In this document: piece after piece, positions 12,782-25,030 of the stretch
How the letters are laid out: every line of letters begins with the position of its first letter
How positions within the stretch are numbered: position 1 is the stretch's first letter
Source of the DNA: Parasitella parasitica NRRL 2501
Taxonomy: Eukaryota > Fungi > Mucoromycota
NCBI GenBank assembly: GCA_025201805.1
Contig: MU619359.1
Coordinates: 31,210-95,209, forward strand
Reading direction: 5' to 3'
Length of the DNA stretch: 64,000 nucleotides
The notes under the pieces: model-generated
Told to the model about the DNA's origin: nothing
What the model saw: only the letters and a program-made list of their open reading frames with translations
Database searches by the model: none
Translations under genes and position numbers: made by a program

Positions 12782-14896
12782 ATGGGGAAAGTCTATCTAA
12801 TCCATAGTAAGTTTGATGTGACCACTAGCATATGTAAATACAACGCATAGAATAATAACAGATGTATACATGACAGTTGCAATTATGACTGCAGTTTATA
12901 GTAATAGCATCGTTCATGCTCAAGCTACACAAAACTACGATGTTTCGACTACCACATTCAGTGTCATACACTCACCAAACTTTTATCCAAATCGAACCAG
13001 CAACCGTCCTGACAACAAGATGGGAGTGAGACTGGAGGGCAATGACAAAATCTACCTCTTGGATAATGCCAATTCCACAGACAGTCTTCTCTACACTGGT
13101 ATTGCTGATGTACCTTTGCTATTTACCCGTTACAAGTATGTAGTTGTAAATTCTCGTAACAAAGAGGTGGACAGTGAACCATTCTATCGCGATTTGGAGC
13201 AGCACAAAAACGGGGCATTTACTCCGTATGAGTTTTATGGCCGTCATCGTGCCCAGATACAACAATATATCAGCCGCAAACAGCAGCATACATTACCACA
13301 AGTCAAATGGACATATAAGGATGCGCAAAAGGAGCACAGGTACAGCGAAGGCCTGGATCGAGGCCAAGTTCACCCTGTCAATGACATTCCAACATGGCAT
13401 ATTCAAGCAAATCCAGCAGATTTTGGAACTTTGACAGAGAACATTCTGCAAGATGTTGGTATCACTGCAAATGTAACTCGCGTCAGTTCAAGCCATATTG
13501 AGCAATTTCGAAATGTCAAGATTGAATTGAGCGGACAGACATCAAGGTTGTTTAAAAAACTGTCTTATAGCGTTCATATTGATAAAGAAGGCTCCATAAA
13601 TGGCTACCGACGTTTCAAGCTACGTTCATGTGCTACTGACCCTAGTTACATGCGAGAAAAACTGTTTTATGATATCCTGGACGCTTCCAAATTACCAACT
13701 GCAAAAGCTTCCTATATTAGGTAAATAAATAATAGCGCGTTGCTAATAATGAATGATTCGATTCAACGATTTGTATCCACAGATTATTCATCAATCAAGA
13801 ACCTCAAGGGCTTTATCTGGTCGTTGACAACTACAAAAACCCATTCTTGAGAAATGTATTAGGGAATGGAAAATCCAGCTACAAACACGGCGCATTATTT
13901 CAAGGAAGTATGCAAGAAAATCCATTAGCTGTTGGTAAGCTTCAATCAGGAGCAAATCTGGGCTATTTAGGCCCTTCCAGCAATGATTATATTGAAAGCA
14001 GCGTTAATTTGAGCTCCTACAAGGTACAAGAAATAGCCCATGGTGACAAATCAAAGGATAATTTAGCAAGTCTTGTATCTTTTATCAAGTTTATCCAAGA
14101 GACAAGCAAGCGCAAGCATGCCAGAAAGAGGGGTGAGAAGAAATTGACTGATGAATGGAATAAGCGATTCGATGTTTCCTTGTTCTTGAAGCAGTACGTT
14201 TTTAATTAGTACATATATGGCTGTTTACCTATTGATCTTATCGTTATTTATTGTGTAATTGCAAACAGTATTGTATTTGAGGTTTTGTTAGGTCATGGTG
14301 ATGGCTACATGGGAGCAGCACACAATTACATGCTCTACCAGGACCTAGAACAGCATGGAAGATTTGTTTGGTTAGCCTCAGATTTAGACCAAACAATGGG
14401 AAGCACGCTCAAGGCAAATAGGTCCACTCCTGCTCATTCAGCATTCCAACAGCTCGACCGCTTTGGCTTGTTTAGTCAAACAGCAAACCGACCCCTTGTT
14501 AACCAACTCTTTCAGATCAAGCCTTTTGCTGACAGGTTTTATCAGATATTTTCAGATGTCAACCACTCATTGTTCAAATCGAATGCAATCACAGACCATA
14601 TTATATACCTGCAAAATCTTATAGAGCAAGACGTGGAGTGGGACCAACATCTAGATGCTTACCGCCCTGATAACTTTATCAAGAACAAGCATGTCTACGA
14701 TGATCAGTTGAATCAAAAGGTGTTGCAGTTGCCGTTAGGCCGAGATTTCATAGATAGAATTAGCAGTAAATCTATCGGTTTTAGAGCGGCCATTGAAGGG
14801 CCCATTACAGGCCATCCTTCCATCACTTCGTTGTTTGCTTGGTTTACAGACGCAAGCCAATACCTAGACAAATTTGTCGAATCATTAAAGAATTGA
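12782..14896 (+). CDS. cotH: CotH kinase-family secreted/spore-coat protein, 4 exons
   Basis: ELSGQTSR..KLSY, FKLRSCATDPSYMREKL, RLFIN...GLY, GHGDGY..HNYMLY, SDLDQT. Signal-like N-terminus. Confidence 0.93.
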
Positions 14897-15029
14897 TTGG
14901 GTGACATTATTTAGCTAACCGATTTATGGTCATGATATTTGACCTCTTGTTTAACCAGGCCCCGCTGGTATTTTTCTTTCCTCTTTTACTCTTTCCTCTG
15001 GTTTATTTTGAACTGTTGTATTATAATAG

Positions 15030-15185
15030 ATGGCAAGCTTTTCTATTGAATTGAGTCAATAAAACAGCAACTAACATCCAGATACCCTTTAGTCTGCCAG
15101 AATCATAGCACAAATTGTCGTCTCTTTGGGTTCTGTTGTAACTAGAGCTTTCGTAGCTGCATACAAACAAGCCGCCGCCAGTAAG

Positions 15186-15219
<34 letters not shown>

Positions 15220-15688
15220 CATTATTATTACTGTGTGGGATAGGGATCACTTACGATCGCCATTGATAGATGCTGGTAAAAATGGAGGTGCACAGGCTGC
15301 ATCGGGCGGTAGAGCTGGTACCAGGGAAGGCGTTGTGGATGCTTTAACTCGCAAGACTGGCATGTCTATGGAAGAGGCCTGTCAAATTTTGAATATTACA
15401 AAAGAGGCTGATCTTACAAAACTGTCGAAGGCAAGTTGACTATTATGCTTTGCTGGGATTTGTCTAACCCATTGACATTTTCTACAGAATTACGACCATT
15501 TATTTTCAGCAAATGATCCAGCCAAAGGAGGCTCCTTTTACATTCAATCCAAAGTGGTGAGGGCCAAAGAGAGATTTGACATGGAGAAAGCATCAGAGTT
15601 AAAAACAAAGGCAACTGAAGAGGCAGCAGCAGCAGCAGCAAAAGCAGCCGAATCCCAGCAACCACCTCCACCTCCACCCAATGCTTGA
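15030..15688 (+). CDS. PAM16: Mitochondrial import motor subunit Pam16/Tim16
   Basis: M|[10 protein letters not shown]...[46 protein letters not shown]. Needs two GC-AG introns. Confidence 0.93.
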
Positions 15689-15833
15689 TCCGTTTTTGTT
15701 TTGATTTTTCAACTTATTACATACAATAAACCATAAAATAGATCCTTTTTTTTATTTATTTTATTCATGTAATAGTTATGTGGTTCTCTTATAGAGAGGG
15801 GATAGTTTGGATATTGATGATGGGAGGCGTATC

Positions 15834-16734
15834 TCAAGCTCTGCATGATCCAAAAGCTATAAAAGAGGGTACTTTATTAATGATGTATTCAAAGATGGCG
15901 AACAAACAAACGACTTACTGGGGAAACCACAGACAGATGCAGCGATAAAGTATGCAATCAACTACAAAAGATATTAAAAGGATATGTTGGCGATCGAATA
16001 AACTGAATTCACATGCTACTTACAAAGCAAACCAAACAAATCATGGCCATAATCTTGGTATTTTTCCACCACATGGCACGCTTCAAATGTGTGCTTCTCT
16101 TTTTAAAGGCAAATGCTTGCTGATTCAAATTATCAGTTTTGTCAACCAACAGCTCAATACGTTCACCTCTCTCCAAGACTCTTTCAATATTATGAACCAT
16201 CACATCCTTGACTTGCTCGATTTCACCATGAACTTGCTTCAAACGATCCGCATTTGGATTTGTTGAAAAGTATTCCATTTGTTTTTCGATCACTCGAGAA
16301 AACTCGTTCAGACCGTAAGGTGGTGCTTCAAATGCTCTGTTCTTACCATATGTGTTGAGGAACCTTTCTTTTAAATCTTGTAAAAAGATAAAGGGGATAC
16401 GGCGACCAAACGAATCATCAGCCATGCACATGTAAGTAATGCCATCTTCACAAATGTAATGAAACAGATATCTAAATATATACAGCCATGAATAACAGGG
16501 CAAGTCTGTACAGCCAATTGCTGCCTTACCTATCGTAAACATAGGTCAGTTTGGAGTTGTTTGGTGGGATTTTTTCAAGAATAGCTTGAGTCACTGCATC
16601 AGCAAGGAAAAAATATTAGTTGGTAGTTTTCAAGTTATTCAGTATACCTTACCCGTGGCGAAATTTCCGCTGCTATTGGTGTGCTCTGCCAGGATGGTTG
16701 ATCCACGAGCAACAAGGCCATAAATAAGCGACAT
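15834..16734 (-). CDS. VAMP7: Longin R-SNARE, VAMP7-like
   Basis: MSLIYGLVARGSTILAEH longin domain, NIERVLERGERIELLVDKT synaptobrevin motif, C-terminal TM helix. 5 exons. Confidence 0.93.
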
Positions 16735-17480
16735 GTTTAGCGAAATAAAATGATGTAAAAAAAAAAGAGGATTAAAAAGAAAAGTGATACAACGAAGGGC
16801 AAGGCATGTCTATTTGTTAGTTAATGCTTCTACACGTGATAGATCCCCGACTATCGCCATCAATTTACTCATCACCAGCCGCTTGGAAAAAGATGGCTTG
16901 CCGTACAGTCTCCTATCATGACGTAGATTGGCCCAGTAAACAGAGCTGCGTCCCTGATACGTTTGATGGATCAGGATACAAACATGCTGTGTGAAGTCAA
17001 TATAAACAATAATGTATGCCTGTCTGTACAGCTGTTTGGCAAGCGTACACTGTAGAATTTGCATTGCTGTTGATGCAGCAATCTGCTGCTACCATTTATT
17101 GAAATCACTGGCTTTTGGTGCATTAAGGAGCTTATTGTTTCGGTATGTATAGGATGTTCCCGCCATTTCATAACCTACGGCAAATTCTGGCTCTGGAGTT
17201 TGTTTTTTCAGATATTGCTTTCGACACAGTCAATCTCCCAGCCATCTCTACAGCAAATCTAAATTTACTTCCAAGATTTCTATCCATAATAGGTCTAAGG
17301 GTCTTGGCACTCAAGTGGTCACCAAAGAACAGGGCCAATAAAAGAAACATGCGAAGCCCTTGTCTAGTGAATAGCCTTGCTTCTGAATCGTCTTTTTAAT
17401 GGCAGTGTCTCAGGATGGAAAGACTTATATAAGGATCTGTATTTTCTCTTTGCGTTCACTTGCAAGGAACTTCTTAAAAA

Positions 17481-18405
17481 ATGTTGAATTTCTTGACACT
17501 CATCTTACTGTTTACTGCTTTGAGTTCAGTAGCAGGTGAAAACTACTTTTACGGTCTCAACTATGGCATCAATCAAAACGCTTGTCCCTCCTACGAAACC
17601 ATAAAGTCTGAATTCACGCAAATCAAAAAGTATACAAATCGTGTTCGCACGTTTTCTTTGTCTGTTTGCAATGAAGGTGCTTTGGCATTACAAGCAGCGA
17701 ATGAACTGGGCATGAACATCTATTTGGGCATGTGGATCGATCGTCCTGATACATTCGACGCCGAAATGGCAGCATTGAAGAACATCCTTGCCAACACGCA
17801 GCAAGAATCTTTGGACAAAGTAGATGCTCTTATTGTTGGCTCTGAGGTTCTCTACAGAAAAGATACTGATGCAAACTCATTGGCAAATTACATTAGCACC
17901 GTTAGAGATTTGGTAAAACCAAAGGGTATTAGCGTAACCACTGCCGATGTCTACTACGAGTTCCCTCCTGTAGTCGTTGAGAAATTGGACTTTTTAATGA
18001 TGTAAATTTATCTTTGTAATAAGAACATGTCATATGTCTAACTGTTTGAGTAGGAATGCGTTCCCCTATTGGGAAGGAGTAACTGCAGACCAAGGTGCTT
18101 CCACGTTGATGGCTCATTATGATTCCGTTGTACAAAAAGCTAATGGTAAACCTGTTCGTATTTCTGAGACTGGCTGGCCTTCGTCTGGTGGCAACTTTGG
18201 TGCTTCCGTTGCTTCACCAGCTAACGAAAAATTGTACCTGTCAAATGTTCTTTGTATCACTCGACAAAGAAACATTGACTTGATCTACTTTTCTGCCAGA
18301 GATGAACCTTACAAGGCCGGTGTAGAAGCCTACTGGGGTGTTATGTACTCTAATTTCACTCTAAAGAGTAACCTTCCCACCACGTTACTTGCAAATCCAT
18401 GCTAA
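17481..18405 (+). CDS. GH17 beta-1,3-glucanase/glucanosyltransferase (Bgl2-like), secreted
   Basis: Signal peptide, IVGSEVLYR, NAFPYWEG, ISETGWPS. One intron, about 18002-18053. Confidence 0.92.
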
Positions 18406-18521
18406 ATTCGATTTTGAATTGATCATTAAATAAAATTTATTCTTTTTCTTTTTTTTTTGTACAAATGGTCGTAGTGTGCCGAGGAAAAGAGTGCGTGTAT
18501 GTTTGTTGTTGATTACAATAT

Positions 18522-19393
18522 CTAAAGAGTCTTTTGTCTGTCATCCTCTGCTTCACTGATTAATATATCATCGATTTTGGTCATGGTTTCACTTTTGTTG
18601 GCTACAGCGCCAACAGTTACTGAAGGTGATGATTTGATCCACTCTTTGGGGAACTCTAGTCTCTGCTTAGGCTGTGGCAAATCAAGAGGAATATCAGCAA
18701 AAGTATCCTTGTGATCCTAACTCACTTATCAGCAAAAGTATCATTTACAACATTAGCGATGCTTATTACCTTTGCCTCCTTGATCAACTTTTGCAAAGTA
18801 TCAATCAAAAACTTTTTGTTTTGCTTGCGATGAGGGAATTTTTCGCTTGACATAGTCAATTCCTCCGTATTTACATTGTATCTAGGTCCACTCAACAATA
18901 AGAGTTTGTGCTTTTCTGTCTCGTTTAATCCTAGATCAGCAATCTTGACACTCAATACTGCTTTACGTTCTACAGGATGTCCTTCACCCAAGTAAGTATG
19001 CGACTTGAACCTCAAAATTTGATCATTTGCAGGTGCTTGAAAAGGTTTGGCATATGCTACAAATGATAAAACCAGGGGGGAGGTAGGGTTAAAACATCAA
19101 ATTGACAATGACAAATGTATAATATATATATGTTATTTTTTACCATTCAACTTGGGTAATTCAAATTCTGTTTTTCTCAAGTATTGACGAACCTGCCTGA
19201 TATTATCAAAGAGGTTATGCCCAACAGTGGTTTGGTCATCAAAGTTAAATTTTGGCATAAAGTCGACATCAAATTTCTTTTCGGCTTTTCTACGAGTGCC
19301 AGTTTGACGGCCTGCTAGTGCAATAGAGCTGGTTGAGAATTGTTTCATAGCAACCTTGCTAGTGCTGCTGATGTTCACTACTTGCTTCAACAT
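18522..19393 (-). CDS. RSM24: Mitochondrial small-subunit ribosomal protein mS35 (Rsm24/MRP-S28 family)
   Basis: TYLGEGHPVERKAVL, HKLLLLSGPRYN, DTFADIPLD. Presequence-like N-terminus. 3 exons. Confidence 0.88.
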
Positions 19394-20599
19394 GTTTGAC
19401 AAGATTTTTGTTAAAAACAAAAAGAATACATTTCTATTTTACTAGGGCAAGGCCAACCTGCCTTCAAAACATTCAAACTCAAAAAGTAGCCCAATGTGAC
19501 GTGAGGACACTATCTACCTCAGTGTTCATCCAATGCCAACCACAATGATAGCAAACAGGGAAACCCTACCTCAACAGCATGTTGAGTTTTTTTTTCATTT
19601 TATAGCTTCAACATCTCGTAGTAGCCTAATCTAGTATTTTAGCATTCTCATTTAGCTTATCGTTGAACAATACTCTTAGTGAACGTTCCTTCTGGACTAC
19701 CTTACTAATCACAATCGACTACAAAGGCCATTGATTAAACTGAGGGCTTAGTATAACTTACACTATCACTACTATATTATGAGCGTTTATTGTTATTGAT
19801 ATCATTACCATGAAAGTGCTTTATAAAAGCTAAAACTTTACATCAATAAAAATCTAAGTTTTGATTTTTCCTTTTTTTTTTTTTTCTTGCCATTCAGCAA
19901 TTTAGTCAAAAATAATCAAGATTAACCTTTCTTTTCAAGAATAGAGGGTGATCTTACTATTCATCTGCAGAAGCAAAAATACACGTGTCGCAGGTTTGTT
20001 TCTTTATTTTCTAGTATCCATAAAAAAAGGTGTTTATAATGAAACATTTGAGATAGAATTTGATAAAAAACTTGGTTTTGATGTAAAAGTCTAAACTCCA
20101 AATCAATCTTTTGCATCTAAACTTTGATTTCATCCTACTGATATCAAAGCAATGGATAGCATATCCTTAAGAGCATTCGAATAATTTATATTGTATGTCT
20201 TCTTTGAGTGATAGTACTATTTTATATTTTTTTCTACATTTTTTACAATAAATGTGAGCTGCGTGTATGATGTACATGTACACTATTTAAGACTAAAAAG
20301 CTGCTCGTATTCGTGGAAACTATCTCAAGAAAATTCTATAAATCACTTGCCTTTGACGGAAAGAAATAAATTTCCAAAAACTGTAGATCATTAACTTTGA
20401 AAGCAAGAAGGACCTCTTACTCAGTGGTTTTGATTGAATTTTCAAAATGCCCAACATCCAATTGAACTAAATAATTGTGTAAGGCCTCATCATTGCCTCA
20501 AATGGCTTCATTAGAGTTGAAGAGAAATGTATCAGAAACTACTGGATCAAAGCGTAAAGTACAGATTGGCTCTTTGCAAAACGATATGGAATCGCTACC

Positions 20600-20790
20600 T
20601 CCTCATTTACATGACACGACAAACTTCCAGGTGTAAAAAACGATCTCCAGACCCAAAGCGCCTTCCACTTGAAATTTGGATCATATTCGCAGCATATACA
20701 TTATGCATGGTTGCATCAGCTCAGTTGATTGGTGTAGGTCTCACAAACTGCCAACGTTACGATATAATAATGTATACATTCGGATGATGA
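20600..20790 (+). pseudogene. Possible F-box gene relic
   Basis: Only DPKRLPLEIW resembles an F-box start. No downstream domain. Confidence 0.25.
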
Positions 20791-21054
20791 CAATTGCGTA
20801 GTACCAATTTTTTCATGAACATGCATAATTAAAGCAAGATCTCTTAACCACAGCCAGAACAAGCAAATCGATGATGAAAAAGTTCAGATTAAACAGATTA
20901 TACACATACGTTCAGCAGTTTACAACAACAACAAAAACAAAACAAAAAATTTGCATCGTATACATGGATCTACAGGCTACTGAATCAAGTTTAGAATCAA
21001 ATTTCAAATCCAACATTTAATGTGCTTGTTGGGTCTCTACATTAGTAACTTTTT

Positions 21055-21609
21055 TTATTTTTTAAATAATCCCTTGACTCTATTCATAACCCCACGCTTT
21101 CTACCGTGCTCCTTTTCATGCTGTTGATTCTGTTTCTCATCTACTACTGGCTGCTGATTATCGCTTGTTGCTGTTGCGGACAACCCAGAGAAGCTAGACT
21201 GCAATTCTTGGATAGTTTGCATGTCCAGTTGAATACCAGCCGCCTGCATACTTTGAGCCAGTTTTTTAACATCTTCCTTGATTTCAGGGTCATTCATGAC
21301 CTTCATGACCTGCATAAAACTAGGTTGCTTCCCAGACACATCAACGCCTTTAGACTGAAGCAATTGAGTAAAATCTATAAGCTGCTGCATGATTTGAGGG
21401 TGCTGTTGAATTTTTTCGATGAGTGGATGCTGAGGTGGTGGAGTCTGTTGCCAGTCGTGCGAGGAAGCAAACAATTGTTTTGCGCTTGTGTGCATTCTGC
21501 TTCTAGTAGCAGTCAAGTAGATGCTGCGTTGACATTGGACACGAAATGTACTGAGGATAAGCTGGCGAGTGGTAGGTAAGGTTGCCTTTTGAATAATACG
21601 ATACAACAT
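21055..21609 (-). CDS. Hypothetical protein, probably mitochondrial (STI1-like helical core)
   Basis: 184-aa intronless ORF with an Arg/Thr/Ser-rich presequence-like start and a MKVMNDPEIK helical motif. Confidence 0.75.
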   Translation of the reverse strand: MLYRIIQKATLPTTRQLILSTFRVQCQRSIYLTATRSRMHTSAKQLFASSHDWQQTPPPQHPLIEKIQQHPQIMQQLIDFTQLLQSKGVDVSGKQPSFMQVMKVMNDPEIKEDVKKLAQSMQAAGIQLDMQTIQELQSSFSGLSATATSDNQQPVVDEKQNQQHEKEHGRKRGVMNRVKGLFKK

Positions 21610-22198
21610 GGTTGGAAAGAAAACCTACCTATTGACGAAAAGAGAAGAGAGCAACAGGGTCATGAAAATTATGACACATTTTCTCTTGTACTAAATACAC
21701 TAAGAGTCACGTAGTTCAGCATTGAATGAGCTTGCTACACGGTTACCATAAATGAGGCAAGTGGCGAACAAGGAAAATGTAATAAATGAAATCAAAGGAG
21801 ACATCTACGGTATACTATATTGATTCATCCCTTGCTTGTCCCCTCTTTCAGGTCCCCTGTTTCAAAGGAACTGCGTGCTTGGCATCCACAACTAGGTTAT
21901 ATATACAATTTATTTCAAAATTGTACTCAATGCAAAGCATGTCTCGTATGATGTCTTCATGTTGTGTTATAAAGTGTATATATACATATATATAGGAGAA
22001 TGCCTGCCATGTAAGAACAAGTACATGATGTGTTATTTTGGGAAATGAAACCTAATCAAGGAAAGATCCTACTAATAAAACAGCTATTACGCCGTGATGC
22101 ATATCCTTGATTTTTATGGATATATAAAACACATTAGACATGCTCTTTCCTATTTTTCTTTGTTTCCTTCTTTCTCTCTATTAAAATAATATTTCGCC

Positions 22199-22903
22199 AT
22201 GAAGCATCAAATGCTGAACCGCTTATCTCGTTTATTTTCATCATCCTCTAATTCTACTGCGCCTAAATCCTCTTCTACTTCTACTAATACTACTTCTACT
22301 ACTACTACTACCACCACTACTACTACTAATACTACTGCCACTAGTGTATCATATGAACCATCTCATTATAACCATAGCACTTTAAGACAAAAGCAGACAT
22401 ATAGCAATAGTACGCAAAAAAAGAGCCGTTGGTCAACACTGGGCATTGGTAAAAGGGCGAAGCGTCAAGGCATTCCCGTTGGTGAATGGCTTCCACCACC
22501 ACCTCCTCCAATCGAAAAAGCAACAAAGAAACCAACAGAAAAAGATACAAACCGGGATTCAGTTATATCTTCAACTCCTAGCAATGTAGGGTGCTATTAT
22601 GATGAAAAAGTCGAAATTATTGTGCCCTCAGCATCGATCAACTCCTTTTTGTCAACCGCCAGTAATAATAGTGGTCATCAACACACTTCATTTTACTTTT
22701 CATCACCTCGTATGTCTCCACAACTAGAGGCTGATGAACATTTGCATACACCCAGAACATCCATTGATGACCAAGAGTCTCTTAAGCCCGAAAAGCCTTT
22801 TGCTCCGGTTCATGGCCTTGGAATTATGGTCAACCACATTTTGAAAGATGCATTTACGGTTGCGGATCATGATATATTTGATAAGGATGATTTTTATGAT
22901 TAG
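22199..22903 (+). CDS. Hypothetical low-complexity (S/T/P-rich) protein
   Basis: 234-aa ORF. TATATAAA at about 22121, pyrimidine-rich leader and good start context (GCCATG). Confidence 0.7.
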   Translation: MKHQMLNRLSRLFSSSSNSTAPKSSSTSTNTTSTTTTTTTTTTNTTATSVSYEPSHYNHSTLRQKQTYSNSTQKKSRWSTLGIGKRAKRQGIPVGEWLPPPPPPIEKATKKPTEKDTNRDSVISSTPSNVGCYYDEKVEIIVPSASINSFLSTASNNSGHQHTSFYFSSPRMSPQLEADEHLHTPRTSIDDQESLKPEKPFAPVHGLGIMVNHILKDAFTVADHDIFDKDDFYD

Positions 22904-23409
22904 ACAACTACAAAAAAGTGGCCTTGTACTACAAATATACCCAATTCATTTCTGCACATATACACGCAACACTTATGCTTATCATCCAATATTCATCACA
23001 TATTATTAGACAATTACATTCTATAGATTATCATTATCCTTTATCATTATAATAATAAAAAAAAAGTATTTACATATATGATTTCAAATATACACTCTCA
23101 TGACTATGCAATGCATCTGTTCCCTCTTTTCAACAAGTCAAAACTTACGTTTCATCATTCAGAAGAATGAGGCATTTTTATGTATGGTTTGTATCACTTT
23201 TGTGCAACTAACTTTTACGAAATGTCGGTAACGGTTCAACCTAAAGCTTCTAACGATCCTTTTTTTCTAAACTGGCTCAAGGGTATTGGCTCTATAGCTA
23301 CCAACACACTCCCCTTTCACGTTTCGTCGTAAACAATGAATATTTAATACAAAGGACAACGATATGCTCCAACACGAGATGCATGTTCATGTATATAGCC
23401 AAGATCACA

Positions 23410-23411
<2 letters not shown>

Positions 23412-23500
<89 letters not shown>

Positions 23501-23511
23501 TTTTTTTTTTT
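23412..23511. repeat. Poly(T) tract of about 100 nt
   Basis: Directly visible; the length may be an assembly artefact. Confidence 0.95.
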
Positions 23512-23750
23512 TCATCTTTTTGAACATTAAATTTTCGTGTAATTGCACATTTGGCATTGCGTTCTAATGTGATAGACGCACGAAAAAAGGGTCTTTTCTT
23601 CAAACAACCATATTATTTAGTTTATTATATCGTTAAGATAATTGGTATAAGTATAGTACTATCCTTGGAGAGTCAAAACATGTACACATTTGGATTTTTG
23701 TTAATACATTTAGTCTTTTGTCAGACGTATTAGACGCGCTTTTTAATCGA

Positions 23751-24043
23751 TTAATACTTGAGAATGATGTAAAGAGCATGAACTAGTTGTGTTGCGCGGA
23801 TTAGAACTTCTCGATTTCCTCATCCTGTAATTATAGACTTACCGATTCCAGGAATGAAACCAAGACAGGTCAAGGCAACATTGATAGCGAGGTCGCAAGT
23901 ACAACCCCTCTCCCAGAAGACACCAAGAGGGGGCAAGACGACAGCTATAGGGTTGCTTTAATACAATCAAATCTACAATGAATTTTAATTTATATTAACT
24001 TACCAGCAATAATTTTACAGATATCAGAAGTAGTGAAAGCCAT
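23751..24043 (-). CDS. PMP3: Pmp3/UPF0057 plasma-membrane proteolipid, 3 exons
   Basis: Spliced MAFTTSDICKIIAAVVLPPLGVFWERGCTCDLAINVALTCLGFIPGIVHALYIILKY*. Absent from the ORF track. Confidence 0.93.
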
Positions 24044-25030
24044 TATAAATGTATATATATAACGAGATGAAAAAGATTGAAATGTAAAGAAATCATAGGC
24101 GCCCTTTTTATATTTTAAAATTGAATAAACGTTTTTTGTTTTCATGATATCATTGAATTTCCTTTTTCGATTTGAGTTGGCTTTCTTTTTAAGCCGTCTT
24201 TGTGAAAGAGTCGACCAATCATCCAGTTAACTGATCGTACGAAAATTTATAAATAACATGGCGGACATTTGTCATCCAAGTAGAAAAGACACTATACTAC
24301 CTGAAGGTCAATGCCTCTTGAAGCAAATCAGGCTGCATAGGTCATGTTGAAACTATTTTATAGACATGTCAAACTAGTTTGCTTGTCAAATCCATTTCCA
24401 TAGCAACGCCCTTAAAACTCAGTTCAGGTACAAGATTATATAAATCTAATCTGCACCATTGTGGAGTTTCTACGGTCGAATTGATGTAGAAGCTATTGTA
24501 GTTTTTTTTGGGTACTGACATTTGCATAAAAAATGGGTCGCAGGATTACACCTATTATTATAAAATTTTTAATGGGGTAAAAAGAAATCAGCTGCTTCAG
24601 AATGTACAATGATTCGACGGTATACATTACAAATGGGGCATGAGTTTTCTATTTCTATTGTATCATATGTCAAGAATATATACATTTAAAAATATATATA
24701 TGTACATAATTTATCCAATATGCTGAAGCGTCGACAGAAATGATAATAATGTTTGACAATAACAGCCAAAATGTGGAGATAGTAAGAATAACAAATAATA
24801 TGAAATTGTCAGTCTAGTACAATACAAATGCAATCAAGAAAAAATCTGTGCATACATATACATATACATATACATATGTTGCACATATCATACCAGCGAA
24901 CTGTAAATGAACGAATATTCATTCACTCTTTATTGGTCATGAGATGTAAGCATCTTACTATAGCTATAAATATATGTATTAGACAAGACAAGATATACCA
25001 AAGACAATGAAAACATGATGACGATCCTTT

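Noticed and set aside
15955-16020. ATATCCTT in a VAMP7 intron as a U12-type signal
   Set aside because: It lies inside an ordinary GTAAGT...TAG intron, not at the donor position.
16800-17400. Several 60-85 aa ORFs between VAMP7 and GH17
   Set aside because: Overlapping on both strands with no motif; likely a divergent promoter region.
23298-23603. Poly-Lys and poly-Phe ORFs
   Set aside because: Artefacts of the poly(T) tract.
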